DNA from: a plasmid
Reading direction: 5' to 3' (one strand)
DNA length: 64,000 bases
Sequence record: NZ_AP019754.1
In this document: positions 18,690-29,378 of the stretch, piece by piece
How positions within the stretch are numbered: the stretch's first letter is position 1
Layout: every line of letters begins with the position of its first letter
Made by a program: the position numbers and the translations under genes
The notes under the pieces: model-generated
Told to the model about the DNA's origin: nothing
Database searches by the model: none
The model's input: only the letters and a program-made list of their open reading frames with translations

Positions 18690-19030
18690 AACTCACCCTG
18701 TGTGTGTTTAAAAAATAAAAAACCAACGCTCAGTAAATCGTCGAAATCAACGAAAACTTGATTTTTTTAGAGAGAGGCTGGTGAGTTATGGAGATGAGTA
18801 GAGTGAGAATGTGCAGGGCCTGAACATAAACGTGAATATAGCGTAAAACCTACGGCTAACAAAGCCGCGAAAGGCTGCTAAAGTTTCGCTTTCTGCTGAA
18901 TGTGGACATTGCGCAATAAGCTGGCTGTTTTTTGCCTGAATGGGCACGGCTCACCCTTTTCACTCTGTTAGGCTAATGCAGCTTTTCATCGCTTATGATA
19001 AAAAAGATAACCCGCACTAAGGAGATTTTT

Positions 19031-19588
19031 ATGTATCTGGATGATATTCCTTCTTCTTTTCGGCAGCATGACATGCTTTATCTGACAGCACCCGACCTGG
19101 GCCGTACAGAAGAAATGCAACGAAAACTGAATACGTTCAGCTCACTTCATCATGAGTTCTTACTCTGGTCTCCGGGTTTTCACTCTATTGATTCAGTTGA
19201 GAAAAACATGGCAGATGCCGCAGATAACTTCCTGAATGACAGAGACGAATATAAGTTTTTAATCATTGAACGCAAGTCAGATGAACTCTTAGGCTGCATA
19301 AGCTTGTTCATCCGCAATCAGGCTATCCCTTACGTCGAAATCGGCTACTGGCTTGCAACCAATGCACTGGGCAAAGGCATCATGCCCGAAGCGTGCAAAC
19401 TGGCCACTAAAATAGCCTCCGATTTTTTGCACGCAAAGAGAATTGAAATTCGTGTCGCGGGACGTAATGTGCGGAGTCAGTCCGTTGCATTAAAATGCGG
19501 TTTCAAACTGGAAGCCAGACTGGTTAACGAGCGCCTCGACAGCATGGGAATGACTGACGATACCTTGATCTACAGATATGGCGGTTGA
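19031..19588 (+). CDS. GNAT-family N-acetyltransferase (RimJ/RimL-like).
   Basis: AAGGAG Shine-Dalgarno 6 nt before the ATG at 19031. Acetyltransferase motif around IGYWLATNALGKGIMPEA. The ORF-track start at 18995 has no Shine-Dalgarno. Confidence 0.7.
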   Translation: MYLDDIPSSFRQHDMLYLTAPDLGRTEEMQRKLNTFSSLHHEFLLWSPGFHSIDSVEKNMADAADNFLNDRDEYKFLIIERKSDELLGCISLFIRNQAIPYVEIGYWLATNALGKGIMPEACKLATKIASDFLHAKRIEIRVAGRNVRSQSVALKCGFKLEARLVNERLDSMGMTDDTLIYRYGG

Positions 19589-19782
19589 CTCTCCCCTTCC
19601 TGTGAAGTCAGCCTTTCGCTGAGCGCGGCTCTAGACTGTTACGCATGTCCGCTTTATGCCGGGACGGGTCGTTACCCTCAAATCAACCCATCTGTGTCCT
19701 CTCACCCACGGTTTCCCTTTTCGGCGAGCGACAGGAGAAAGAACGGATGATTAAGCGCGCCCAGGGTAAACAGTCAGGCTGC

Positions 19783-20415
19783 TTATTTGGTGAATGATGA
19801 GGAGATTAGTTTGATACCCAGTATGCCCAGAACCGCTGAGGAGACGCGATCAACTGACGTCTTGATACGTAAATATACCTGACGCGGTTTCTCGGCAGAC
19901 AGCGCGACAGAAACGATGGAGTACCAGACAAAATCGATCAAAAAGCTCATCAGAGGGATGACGACATAAAACAGTAGCGGGATATTTTTAGGCAAAAGGG
20001 CACTAAAAATAGAGGCAAAGATAATGGCTGTTTTGGGATTGCTCAGTTGCGTTAACAACCCATCTCTGAATGTTTTTAGCCATGTCTTGCTGTGCCCATT
20101 TTGTCCATTCAACGCGAGGTGTACAGGCTGAGATGCACCTTTGAAGATGTTAAAAGCCAGCCATAATAAGTAAAACCCGCCCGCCACCTTCATAACCACA
20201 AACAGTTCCGGCACCAAAAGTAGCAGCCTCTGTAGCCCAAGCATCGCGACCAGGGCAAAAATCGCAGCACCAACGCCAGTGCCTAAAGCGGTCACGATTC
20301 CGTGAAGACGAGAATGCACAACAGCATTTCTGGCAACATAGATAAAGCTTGGGCCGGGGCTTATCACCCCCATAATCAGAACGGCAGCAATGGCCATAAG
20401 GCTTGAAATCAACAT
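19783..20415 (-). CDS. LysE/RhtB-family amino-acid exporter.
   Basis: 210 aa, six transmembrane helices. The N-terminal ISPGPSF motif is typical of LysE-type translocators. Confidence 0.8.
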   Translation of the reverse strand: MLISSLMAIAAVLIMGVISPGPSFIYVARNAVVHSRLHGIVTALGTGVGAAIFALVAMLGLQRLLLLVPELFVVMKVAGGFYLLWLAFNIFKGASQPVHLALNGQNGHSKTWLKTFRDGLLTQLSNPKTAIIFASIFSALLPKNIPLLFYVVIPLMSFLIDFVWYSIVSVALSAEKPRQVYLRIKTSVDRVSSAVLGILGIKLISSSFTK

Positions 20416-20732
20416 CCTGGACCTCGGTAGGGAATAATCAGAGCGGCTATTCTAAAGGAAATGATCCGTTTTCACAGGGTGGATTGTGTTGTCTCCGGGA
20501 TTCGAAAACGAAACAGGCCCGCTGAAGCAGCTTCTTGTTCGTCACCATCGTTCATCGCTCACCACCCAGGCGCATCTGTTTAATACCTTTGCTCGTTACC
20601 CACGAACAGCCTGACTCACCTGTTAAATTTTTTATTAATCGGCAGCTTAAAGCCAGTGCGGTTAAAGAGGTGCCAGTCTGTATTTGCTATCCTTGGGAAA
20701 CGAATTCTTGGGTTACCCTTTTTGGAGCAATA

Positions 20733-21473
20733 ATGAGCGATATTATTAATCTGTTCACCAGCCATAAAAGTGAGCGCAGCTTTACCGATAAACCTGTTGA
20801 CGATGCCATCCTTGATCGCATTATCAGCACCGCCTATCGCGCCCCTACCTCCGTTAACTCACAACAGGTTTCACTGGTCGTTACGCGGGATGCCGCTCAA
20901 CGTCAGGCCATTTCAGAGATTGCCGGTGGACAGCCCTGGATTGCCAAAGCGCCCGTTTTTATCACCGTCGTTCTCGATATGCATAAATCCCGGGTCGCCA
21001 TGGCGGCTGTGGGCAAAGAGCAGGTTGCTCAGGACAGCATTGAAAGTATTGTTTCTGGCGCGACTGACGTAGGCATTGCACTAGGCAGTATTATGGCCGC
21101 TGCGCGGGCGGAAGGTTTAGGCATCGTGCCCATCGGGGGAATTCGCCGCGATCCGGACGCGATGATCGAACAGCTTAATTTGCCGGAATATACTTTCCCT
21201 GTCGCGGGCGTCGTTATCGGTTACGTCGACCAGCCTGCTTTCCAGAAGCCGCGCCTGCCTCTGCAGACCTTCCGTCACGAAGAAAGCTATCACACCGAAG
21301 GTCTGGAACAGCAGATCGCCGCTTACAATGCCGAAATGGTTCAGCACTGGCAAGCCACCGGGCGAGCAGACGGCGAAAGCTGGAGCGACAGCGTGAGCGG
21401 ATATTATCAGCACATCTATTTCCCAAAAGTCCTGCCTGCACTGCACAAACAGGGATTTGGTAGCGACAAATAA
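20733..21473 (+). CDS. nfsA: Oxygen-insensitive NADPH nitroreductase (NfsA family).
   Basis: 246 aa from MSDIINLFTSHKSERSFTDKPV, the NfsA N-terminal signature. TGGAG Shine-Dalgarno before the ATG at 20733. The 66-codon upstream extension in the ORF track is not supported. Confidence 0.8.
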   Translation: MSDIINLFTSHKSERSFTDKPVDDAILDRIISTAYRAPTSVNSQQVSLVVTRDAAQRQAISEIAGGQPWIAKAPVFITVVLDMHKSRVAMAAVGKEQVAQDSIESIVSGATDVGIALGSIMAAARAEGLGIVPIGGIRRDPDAMIEQLNLPEYTFPVAGVVIGYVDQPAFQKPRLPLQTFRHEESYHTEGLEQQIAAYNAEMVQHWQATGRADGESWSDSVSGYYQHIYFPKVLPALHKQGFGSDK

Positions 21474-21533
21474 CCGTTATTCGTCCGGGCAATGCCCGGG
21501 CGATGTCTTTCCCTCTGGCTCAACTCTCACAGG

Positions 21534-23075
21534 CTAACCCCTTGCCCCGTTTCGCCCCTCGTGTTTGGCACGATAGAGCGCTTCATCCGCCCGTTTAATT
21601 AATCGTTCCGCCCTTTCTGGCCCTTCCCCTGCCACCGTTGTTGCCACGCCGGCACTCAGCGTGACGCACCCGGTTTCCAGCCCTGTCGAGCTGTGCGGTA
21701 TCGCTAACTTCCTGACGGCCTCAACCACGCTTGAGGCTATTTTTAACGCATCCGCGGCGCAGGTGTCGGCTAACACGATGGCAAATTCTTCTCCGCCATA
21801 GCGTGCGGCGATATCGATGCGGCGCTGGGCAAACGTCTTCAGTAAGCGTCCTACTTGTTGTAAACAGGCGTCACCCGCGACATGGCCGTAGGTATCGTTG
21901 TAGCGTTTAAAATAATCGATATCGAAAAGGATTAATGATACCGGCCCACCGCTACTGCGGCCGTGCAGCAGGCTTTTTATCAGAAAGTGGTCAAAGTACC
22001 GGCGGTTAGCCAGCCCCGTGAGCCCATCGCCGTTTGCCAGATTCTCCAGTGAATGATTCGCTTCGGTCAGTTCATCCCTGAGATGGGTTAATTCAATTTG
22101 ATAGCGTAAGCTACGTTTGGCCTCATGCCGTATCAACATCCACAGCAGAATAATCGCCATCAGAAGCACCAGGCTTAATACTACGCCCTGAACCCGGCTT
22201 TCGGCCCAGCTAATCAAAAGCCCCTCTTTGTCGAATCCTGCAGCGACAACCAAGGGGTAACGGCTTGAACTGGCGAAACCAAAAATGCGGGTTACGCCGT
22301 CAACCTTCGCTTTCCACTGGCCGCTGCCGCGTTCGGCATTGGCTAACAGCTGGTGAAAAAGCGGGCTGGAGGAGAGATTTTTACCGATGTAGCTGTTCGA
22401 CAAAGGACGAGCATAGAGCACAGTGCTGTCTGCCAGCATCAGCGCCAGTAAGTCCTTGGGACCAATAACAAAATAATCGTAGTAGTGACGAAAGTAATCG
22501 ATGCTCACCGTGGCAAGGAGTACACCACGGAATCCCTGGTAGTTATCACTGACGCGCAGCGAAACAGGAATAACGTAGCGGCCCGAACTGCGGCTTCGTA
22601 ATGCAGGCCCCACGTGCAGGCTGTTGCGTGGATTGTTGCGATGATAGCTGAAATACTCCCGGTCGGCGTTATTTCCTGAAAACGAGTGCATTAACGAACT
22701 GGCGACCCATCGCCCCTGCGCATCGTAATAGAAAATACCCTCCAGCTGCGGCAGGCGGCTCTGTAACGTCCGCATGATGTCGTTGAGGGTTGAGACATCT
22801 CCGCCCGTCTCTGCCTGAGACTCGATTTCACGCTGGACTTCACGCAGCGACAGTTCCGTTTGCAGAAAGGTATCTTCGGCCTGACGGGCCTGAGCCAAAG
22901 AAAGATCAATGGCGCGTTCTTCAGTGATACGAACCGTTCTTTGCCAGTCCTGGTAAAGCGTCCAGACATTGATCACAATAACGCCAATCGTCAATAAACT
23001 TCCCGCCAGGGTAATGCTTCTGAGCAGTGGTGAAAGGCGCATCATCGCCGCATCTTTTTTTCGACGTAATTCCAT
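21534..23075 (-). CDS. Sensor diguanylate cyclase (GGDEF domain with an N-terminal periplasmic sensor).
   Basis: Two transmembrane helices flank a roughly 250-aa periplasmic Cache-like domain. The C-terminal GGDEF domain has an RYGGEEF active site and an RRID I-site. The start codon is ambiguous (23075 or 23045). Confidence 0.8.
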   Translation of the reverse strand: MELRRKKDAAMMRLSPLLRSITLAGSLLTIGVIVINVWTLYQDWQRTVRITEERAIDLSLAQARQAEDTFLQTELSLREVQREIESQAETGGDVSTLNDIMRTLQSRLPQLEGIFYYDAQGRWVASSLMHSFSGNNADREYFSYHRNNPRNSLHVGPALRSRSSGRYVIPVSLRVSDNYQGFRGVLLATVSIDYFRHYYDYFVIGPKDLLALMLADSTVLYARPLSNSYIGKNLSSSPLFHQLLANAERGSGQWKAKVDGVTRIFGFASSSRYPLVVAAGFDKEGLLISWAESRVQGVVLSLVLLMAIILLWMLIRHEAKRSLRYQIELTHLRDELTEANHSLENLANGDGLTGLANRRYFDHFLIKSLLHGRSSGGPVSLILFDIDYFKRYNDTYGHVAGDACLQQVGRLLKTFAQRRIDIAARYGGEEFAIVLADTCAADALKIASSVVEAVRKLAIPHSSTGLETGCVTLSAGVATTVAGEGPERAERLIKRADEALYRAKHEGRNGARG

Positions 23076-23339
23076 GCTGGTTAACCCTTCTCTCGCCACG
23101 AGATAATGCAACATATCAGAAACAACGTGTTATCAATAACATCCTGACAGGCCATTTATATCTGCTGTTTTCAGTTTAGATTAAGACAGGAACGCCAGCC
23201 TCGCCTTGCGCCTGTTCAGAGTACAGGCAGCAGGCTCTGATAGCAGGCTGATGGTGCCAGCCTCACCGGTCGGGCGTATCGGGGAACGCGCAGATGTCGC
23301 GGCAGCCTCCACGTCATCCATGACATGGAGAAGGAGAGG

Positions 23340-24698
23340 TTAACGTCGGCGGCGCCACCACCAAAACAGCAGCAGTCCGATCGTCAGCACAACTACTGCC
23401 AACCCTGCGCGGGCTATCGGTAAAAGCAGTGACGGCTCGCCGCCCTGACGCAGTGATTTCACCCGTTCCGGGGTAATGCGCACGGCACTGTTGCCTATAT
23501 CCTGCATGACATAATTCGTGACGTCGGCAATTTGCGTATTATCCAGCGTATGGGCAAAACCAATCATGCCCTGACCGTTTGCGGGCCAGACACCTTCAAG
23601 CACGGCCATGGCAACGTTATCGGCCGTAGGCTTTTCCAGGATCGGATGTTTACTCAGGGCAGGTAAACCATTCAGGCCCTGTCCCTCAAGGTTATGGCAG
23701 GCGGCACAGTTGTTGCGGTATACGCGCTCGCCATCCGTTAAATCGGACAGCATGTCTGGCGTATCATCTCCGGTCACCGGCGTGAGTCCGCTAGCCGGTT
23801 CCTGAACATCTGAATCCGCGTCAGCCTCGCCTTCTTCCTGATCGGCGGCAGGCATCAGGTAGGTTGCTATGGCCGCCCGATCTTCCGGCGTCATACGCGA
23901 AAAACTCTTGTCTATCGCTTCAAGCATCGGCCCCGCCGCCGTCGCACCGTTATCGGCGTGACCGCTCGCCAGATAAGCTGCCAGCGATTCCCGTGACCAC
24001 TGATCGTCACTCTGTAAGGTATTGGCGGTGATGTCAGGCGCAAACCACGTCCCTAAAGAGGCGCCCTGTAACGATTTGCTCTGCTGCTCAGCCATTAAAA
24101 AATTGCGCGGCGTATGGCAGGTGCTGCAGTGCGTTAGCCCTTCGACCAGGTAAGCCCCCCTGTTCCATTCCGCGGACTGGCTGGGATCGGGCTTGAAGGG
24201 TTTTGTGTCCAGGAAGAGGAAATTCCACGCCGCCATACTAAAGCGAAGATTAAACGGAAACGGCAAATCGGTTTTTTCTGGCTGGCTATCGACCGCTTTC
24301 ACACCATGCATAAAGTAAGCATAAAGCGCAGACACATCGCTATCACTCACTTTGGCATAGGCGGTGTAAGGCATAGCCGGATACAAATGACTGCCATCGG
24401 CACGAATGCCTCTTCGTAGCGCATCGGCAAACTGTTTTTCAGTGTAGTGACCAATACCGGCTGTTTTCGAGGGCGTGATATTGGTGCTAAAAATAATGCC
24501 TAAAGGGCTACCGATGGCATGGCCGCCGCTGAACGGCGCTTTGCCTTCCTGTGTGTGGCAGGCCGCACAATCCCCAGCCACAGCAAGATATTCCCCTCGT
24601 TTTATGAGGTCAGTCTGGCTTTCCGCCCACGCGCTACTCTGAGTTGCAGTCAGCATTAGCAGCGTGGCGGGCAGCAATCGGCTCAATCGCTTACCCAT
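23340..24698 (-). CDS. Gluconate 2-dehydrogenase cytochrome c subunit (tri-haem).
   Basis: Three CxxCH motifs (CAACH, CSTCH, CAACH). Signal peptide MGKRLSRLLPATLLMLTATQSSAWA. C-terminal transmembrane anchor. AGGAGA Shine-Dalgarno. Overlaps the upstream gene by 8 nt. Confidence 0.8.
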   Translation of the reverse strand: MGKRLSRLLPATLLMLTATQSSAWAESQTDLIKRGEYLAVAGDCAACHTQEGKAPFSGGHAIGSPLGIIFSTNITPSKTAGIGHYTEKQFADALRRGIRADGSHLYPAMPYTAYAKVSDSDVSALYAYFMHGVKAVDSQPEKTDLPFPFNLRFSMAAWNFLFLDTKPFKPDPSQSAEWNRGAYLVEGLTHCSTCHTPRNFLMAEQQSKSLQGASLGTWFAPDITANTLQSDDQWSRESLAAYLASGHADNGATAAGPMLEAIDKSFSRMTPEDRAAIATYLMPAADQEEGEADADSDVQEPASGLTPVTGDDTPDMLSDLTDGERVYRNNCAACHNLEGQGLNGLPALSKHPILEKPTADNVAMAVLEGVWPANGQGMIGFAHTLDNTQIADVTNYVMQDIGNSAVRITPERVKSLRQGGEPSLLLPIARAGLAVVVLTIGLLLFWWWRRRR

Positions 24699-26304
24699 GC
24701 TGTGTCTCCTGCAAAATCTTATCAGCGGTACGCAGCGCAAGCGCCATGGCGGTGAGCGTGACATTACAGGTGCCGACCGTTGGCATCACGCCGGTACCGA
24801 CCATAAACAGGTTTTCATGATCGTGCGCCCGTCCCCAGACATCGGTTACGCTGGTTGCCGGATCGAGTCCCATCGACAACGTACCGATGATATGTTGACG
24901 GTTCGAAAATTTACCGCTTTTGCTGTGTCGGATATTGGTCGCACCCAGTTTTGCCGCTATCGCATCGTAGCACTCTCGCGTTTTTTCCGTGCCCTTCTGC
25001 ACATAGTCATCCACATCCCAGAACAGCGCAGGCGTGGGTAATCCTAATGCATCTTTATTGCTGCTTAGGGTCACGCGGTTATCGGGATTGGGGAGCTGTT
25101 CCAGCGCATTTTTAATGCTCAGTCGGCGGGCCGCACGAAAACGAACCTGCTCCTGGAGTTTTTTACCAAAGTACCCCTCTTCCAGCACTTCCTTCGTCAC
25201 CGCCGCCACCTGTGATGCATTGGAGATATCCAGACGGAATGGCGCATGTTCGCGGCGGAATTCGCCGTCTCTGAACTGCCCTATTGAACAGGGACTGACA
25301 GGTCCGCGTCCGGGCCAAATCTCTTCATCCACGTCGAAAGTGACGCCAATGGCGGGATGGTCGCAGAGATTACGGCCAACATTGTCACGGGCATTGCCAA
25401 TCCCGTGCGGAAATTTATCGCTGGTCGACATCAGTAAAAGCTTTGGCGTTTCAATCGCATTGGCCGCCAGAACAAATGTCTGTGCCGTAATGCGATGGCT
25501 GGTTTTATTCCAGTCATAATAGTGGGCGGCAACAATCCTGCCCTGCGCGTCATGCTCAAGCTTATACACGACCGCCTCGGTGATCACCTGAACGCCTGTG
25601 TCCTCAGCCTGCTGAGCGGCCAGACCGCCGTGATACTGAGCATCAATCGGACACACCGGCATACAGTTGTTGTTACCGCAGCAGGCCGGGCGACCATCGT
25701 AACTGCGACTGTTGCGTCCCGTGCTGTCGTCCAGCACGCTGAAGTCGGGTGCCAGTCTGGCCGTGACGCGTTGCTGAAGCCATGAAGCCGGCACGCGCGC
25801 CATCGGAAACGGTTTACTGCGTGGCGAGCCGTTATCAGGTGAACCGCCGACGCCGGCAATGACCTCAGCCTCATAGTAATAGGGCTCCAAATCCTGATAG
25901 CCGATCGGCCAGTCTTTGCCCACGCCATAAAGGGTATGCTGCTGAAAATCATTTGGCACAAAGCGCCATAGCTGAGCAGCCCAGTGCCAGCTGGTGCCGC
26001 CAAAAATACGGATGTATTGCGCATTAAACGCCTGCGGACCGAGCTGTTGCAGATAATCATTAGGCTCAGGCGTATAGCGTGGCTGAGGTGCCATGGGAGA
26101 AAAGGGATAAGGTGACATAAAGTCAGACTTAAAGGCGGAACTGCGAAAGCGCTCGACCAGTTCATCGCGCCCAATTTTCGGCCCGGACTCAAGTAATACA
26201 ACGGATTTACCCGCTTTGGCCAGTCGGGTAGCCAGCAAAGCGCCATTTACGCCCGCGCCTATCACAACGACATCCGCCGACTCATTCTTCTTCATTGATG
26301 ACAT
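24691..26304 (-). CDS. Gluconate 2-dehydrogenase flavoprotein (GMC oxidoreductase) subunit.
   Basis: ADP-binding VVVIGAGVNGALLATRLAKAG at the N-terminus. C-terminal GMC_oxred_C domain. 537 aa. Confidence 0.85.
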   Translation of the reverse strand: MSSMKKNESADVVVIGAGVNGALLATRLAKAGKSVVLLESGPKIGRDELVERFRSSAFKSDFMSPYPFSPMAPQPRYTPEPNDYLQQLGPQAFNAQYIRIFGGTSWHWAAQLWRFVPNDFQQHTLYGVGKDWPIGYQDLEPYYYEAEVIAGVGGSPDNGSPRSKPFPMARVPASWLQQRVTARLAPDFSVLDDSTGRNSRSYDGRPACCGNNNCMPVCPIDAQYHGGLAAQQAEDTGVQVITEAVVYKLEHDAQGRIVAAHYYDWNKTSHRITAQTFVLAANAIETPKLLLMSTSDKFPHGIGNARDNVGRNLCDHPAIGVTFDVDEEIWPGRGPVSPCSIGQFRDGEFRREHAPFRLDISNASQVAAVTKEVLEEGYFGKKLQEQVRFRAARRLSIKNALEQLPNPDNRVTLSSNKDALGLPTPALFWDVDDYVQKGTEKTRECYDAIAAKLGATNIRHSKSGKFSNRQHIIGTLSMGLDPATSVTDVWGRAHDHENLFMVGTGVMPTVGTCNVTLTAMALALRTADKILQETQHG

Positions 26305-26319
26305 TACTCATAAAAAGGA

Positions 26320-26826
26320 TCACGGTTGACTCGCCCAGCTGCCGCAGACGCCATAGGAAAAGCTCGGCGGTACCAGTTTGTCATTCACAATTTGATTCGC
26401 GAGCGTGTTAATGTAGGTGATGTAGCGTGCATTTTTGCCTTTGCCCACAACCCCGGTGTACCAGCCGCTCAGGATAGTGCTCGCCAGCTTCGCGCTACCT
26501 GCGTCACTCTCAGCAAACGGCAGGCGTTCCTGTTGCAACAGATCGGGCTGATGGGCCAGCAGGCTACTCAAACGCAAAAGCGCAGAGGAGAAATTCTTTT
26601 GGATCTGACTCAACGTGTCATACAGCGCAGCACCCACGGTTTCGTTAAGTTCATCCTGCTGGGTAAGCTGCTGAGAAATCTGCATAAAGATATCCAGCTC
26701 ATCTGTCTGGGCATCGGGTTGGGCGGCGTTGAGGCGAGCAAGAGGGAGCAGATGTCCGGCAGCGCTGGTTACAGCAACCAGACCGACCATCTTCAGCACG
26801 CGTCGGCGTGAATAGTGATTCATCAT
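26320..26826 (-). CDS. Gluconate 2-dehydrogenase small (gamma) subunit with a Tat signal.
   Basis: The SRRRVLKM twin-arginine motif is followed by a hydrophobic stretch. 168 aa. Lies 15 nt upstream of the flavoprotein gene. Confidence 0.7.
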   Translation of the reverse strand: MMNHYSRRRVLKMVGLVAVTSAAGHLLPLARLNAAQPDAQTDELDIFMQISQQLTQQDELNETVGAALYDTLSQIQKNFSSALLRLSSLLAHQPDLLQQERLPFAESDAGSAKLASTILSGWYTGVVGKGKNARYITYINTLANQIVNDKLVPPSFSYGVCGSWASQP

Positions 26827-27289
26827 ATCTTCCAGTAAAAGCCACCTGTCGCTGGCAGCAAATCAGCCTGCGTAATACGGATTATTATGCTGGCAGCGCG
26901 CATAATATTTGGGCCAGGATTCACAGCAATTCCCTGCCGCGTTCGCACCTTAAGCCGCTGGTTAAGCGCCAATTCAACAGCATAATGGTTGGTGAGTCTG
27001 CCATCTGCCGCTTTCAGTCTGCGGGATCATGAACGTCTCTTTCTCAATGATCCACTGGTAATTAACTAAATGTTAACAATCCGCTGAGGATAAACCAGAT
27101 AGTTGCTTGGGTTATAAATATATTAAATCGATATTAAACAAATTTGATACGAAGCGGAACTGAGAGCACGCTGGCCCATGTGGCATTTTCAGGCTATGGA
27201 GGGCGATCGTTGTCTTTGAAGCGGAGTGAAGTAAACTGCCATTCTGCTCTGCTGCAGCGGCACACGTTCTCAAGCAAACGGAGTTGATC

Positions 27290-28306
27290 ATGCCCCCATT
27301 ACGTTTACTGTTATCAGAATCGAACGATCCCTGGTTTAACCTGGCGGTAGAAGAGTGTATTTTTCGCCAGATGCCGGCTAACCAGCGCGTACTGTTTTTG
27401 TGGCGTAATGCGGAAACGGTGGTCATTGGTCGGGCGCAGAACCCGTGGAAAGAGTGCAATACACGTCGTATGGCAGAGGATGGTATTAAGCTGGCGCGAC
27501 GCAGCAGTGGAGGCGGCGCGGTGTTTCACGATCTGGGCAACTGCTGCTTTACCTTTATGGCGGGCAAGCCAGGTTACGATAAAAGTGTCTCAACCGCTAT
27601 CATCCTGCAGGCACTGGCAACGCTGGGCGTCAATGCGCAGGCTTCAGGACGAAACGATCTGGTGATCGACACCGGTGACGGCGTGCGCAAAATATCCGGC
27701 TCTGCTTATCGCGAAACGCCCGACCGTGGCTTTCATCACGGCACAGTTCTAATTAATGCCGATCTGTCGCGCCTGGCTGATTATCTCAATCCCGACGTGA
27801 AAAAGTTACAGGCGAAAGGCATTGCCTCCGTGCGAGCACGCGTGACAAACCTGCAAACGCTGGTGCCCAATATCAGCTACAAACGCCTTTGCCATGCCAT
27901 CACGGAAGCCTGTTTTGAACACTTTGCCACTCGCTGTGAACCCGATGTTATTTCTCCTGATAACCTGCCGGATCTGCCGGGCTTTGAGCAACAGTTTGCC
28001 CGTCAAAGCAGTTGGACGTGGAATTTTGGCCAGGCGCCAGACTTTTCGCATCTTCTGGATCATCGCTTTGTATGGGGCGGCGTGGAGATACATTTTGATG
28101 TTGAACGGGGCGCCATTAGCCGCTGTCAGATATTTAGCGACAGCCTGAACCCTGCGCCACTGGAGGTGCTGGCCTCCCGCTTACAGGGTGCAGCCTATCA
28201 GCCTGACGTTATGGCTCAGCATGTAGAAACGTTGAAAACGGACTATCCGCTGCAGCAGCACGAACTGAATGAGCTTGCACAATGGCTGGTGACAAGTCTC
28301 CGCTGA
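27290..28306 (+). CDS. lplA: Lipoate-protein ligase A.
   Basis: Near-colinear similarity to E. coli LplA ([26 protein letters not shown]...[15 protein letters not shown]...). ACGGAG Shine-Dalgarno 7 nt before the ATG at 27290. Confidence 0.9.
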   Translation: MPPLRLLLSESNDPWFNLAVEECIFRQMPANQRVLFLWRNAETVVIGRAQNPWKECNTRRMAEDGIKLARRSSGGGAVFHDLGNCCFTFMAGKPGYDKSVSTAIILQALATLGVNAQASGRNDLVIDTGDGVRKISGSAYRETPDRGFHHGTVLINADLSRLADYLNPDVKKLQAKGIASVRARVTNLQTLVPNISYKRLCHAITEACFEHFATRCEPDVISPDNLPDLPGFEQQFARQSSWTWNFGQAPDFSHLLDHRFVWGGVEIHFDVERGAISRCQIFSDSLNPAPLEVLASRLQGAAYQPDVMAQHVETLKTDYPLQQHELNELAQWLVTSLR

Positions 28307-28393
28307 CAGTCCGGTGAGCGAGGTAGCGTTTGCCCGGCTCAGCAGCAGAAATGGGCCGCGTCAGACGATTGCCTGCGGCTGCCCAGGTTCAAC

Positions 28394-29284
28394 TTAGCTT
28401 CCCGTATTGACGCGTTTGCCGATATCTTTCAGTTGCGAATATTTTTCAAGCAATCGCGGTCCGTCATCCAGGCTCATGGCAAACATCCACAGATAGGTCA
28501 TGACCGAATAGATGTGCCCTGCGTCACCCATCCCTTTACGGGTCATGGACAGGATGGTAAAGGCAAACAGCAGCGCCGCTGCTGTACCTATCGTTATAAA
28601 ACCTAACGCCTCGCGATCGGATAGCCCTATGCGTAATCGCGCCAGTACGCCGTAGTGTTTCGCCAGAGCGGGTGCCTGGGCAACGGTGACCAGGCTAACC
28701 TCTTTTTCAAGCCGGTTATTCAGACGGCCAAACAGCGCTTCGTTCTTGCGCGAGAAGCCCGGCAGAAAGCAGGCAAGTATCAACAAAATGATCAGACAGC
28801 CCACGCCCGTCCAGAACTCAATTACCAGAAGCATAATGGCTGCGCCGCTAATCGATGCCAGAGAGGTGATCAGCGTTGGCAGATGCAGCTCAAAAAAATC
28901 GACAAACTCACGTGACAATGTCACGCGAGCGGCGATAGTGGAAGCATTTTGCTTCTCGTGACGTTGTGCCACGATAACCGGCACGGCCAGTTCGGCATAA
29001 ATACGGGCGAAGGTGCGGGTATCAACGCTGCGTCTTGCGGCGCCTATTGCCCACATTGCAAAGACCATGACCGCATAAAGCACAGCATGAAGCGCCTGCC
29101 CGGTGACAATGGCGTTAATGGCGAACCCGGCTAACAGCGGATAAAGCAGGTAGGTAACGTTTTCCGCCACCACTAACAGCAGGGTAAGAAAGAGCTTTTT
29201 ACTGTGACGACGTCCCAGCATCTTGAGGGTGGCAATGGCATTTTGCGGCGCCGTCTCCGGCGTTATTGTTTTGTGAGAACACAT
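28394..29284 (-). CDS. Standalone ABC-exporter-type transmembrane-domain protein (ABC_membrane_3-like), with no ATPase domain.
   Basis: Six transmembrane helices with the periodicity of type I ABC exporter membrane domains. The start at 29284 (MCSHK...) is uncertain because the Shine-Dalgarno is weak. Confidence 0.45.
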   Translation of the reverse strand: MCSHKTITPETAPQNAIATLKMLGRRHSKKLFLTLLLVVAENVTYLLYPLLAGFAINAIVTGQALHAVLYAVMVFAMWAIGAARRSVDTRTFARIYAELAVPVIVAQRHEKQNASTIAARVTLSREFVDFFELHLPTLITSLASISGAAIMLLVIEFWTGVGCLIILLILACFLPGFSRKNEALFGRLNNRLEKEVSLVTVAQAPALAKHYGVLARLRIGLSDREALGFITIGTAAALLFAFTILSMTRKGMGDAGHIYSVMTYLWMFAMSLDDGPRLLEKYSQLKDIGKRVNTGS

Positions 29285-29378
29285 GATTTTCTTTTGGTAA
29301 ACGGTTAAAATTGAGCGGTCGCTCAATAGCCAGCGCATCGTATTTGAGCGATTGCTCAAAGTCAATCCAGGAGTCATA

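Noticed and set aside
18995-19030. Upstream ATG start for the GNAT gene (the ORF-track start).
   Set aside because: A canonical AAGGAG lies 6 nt before the internal ATG at 19031. The extension has no Shine-Dalgarno and adds a non-conserved MIKKITRTKEIF.
20535-20732. 66-codon N-terminal extension of the nfsA ORF.
   Set aside because: NfsA family proteins start at MSDIINLF (MTPTIELICGHRS in E. coli). TGGAG Shine-Dalgarno precedes the ATG at 20733.
25584-26246. 220-aa antisense-frame ORF inside the GADH flavoprotein gene. Similar long embedded ORFs lie at 46579-47061, 17296-17724, 42254-42664 and 61696-62109.
   Set aside because: They are fully nested in or overlap well-supported genes in other frames, with Arg/Pro/Cys-rich GC-frame-shadow composition. 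Typical of high-GC ORF shadows.
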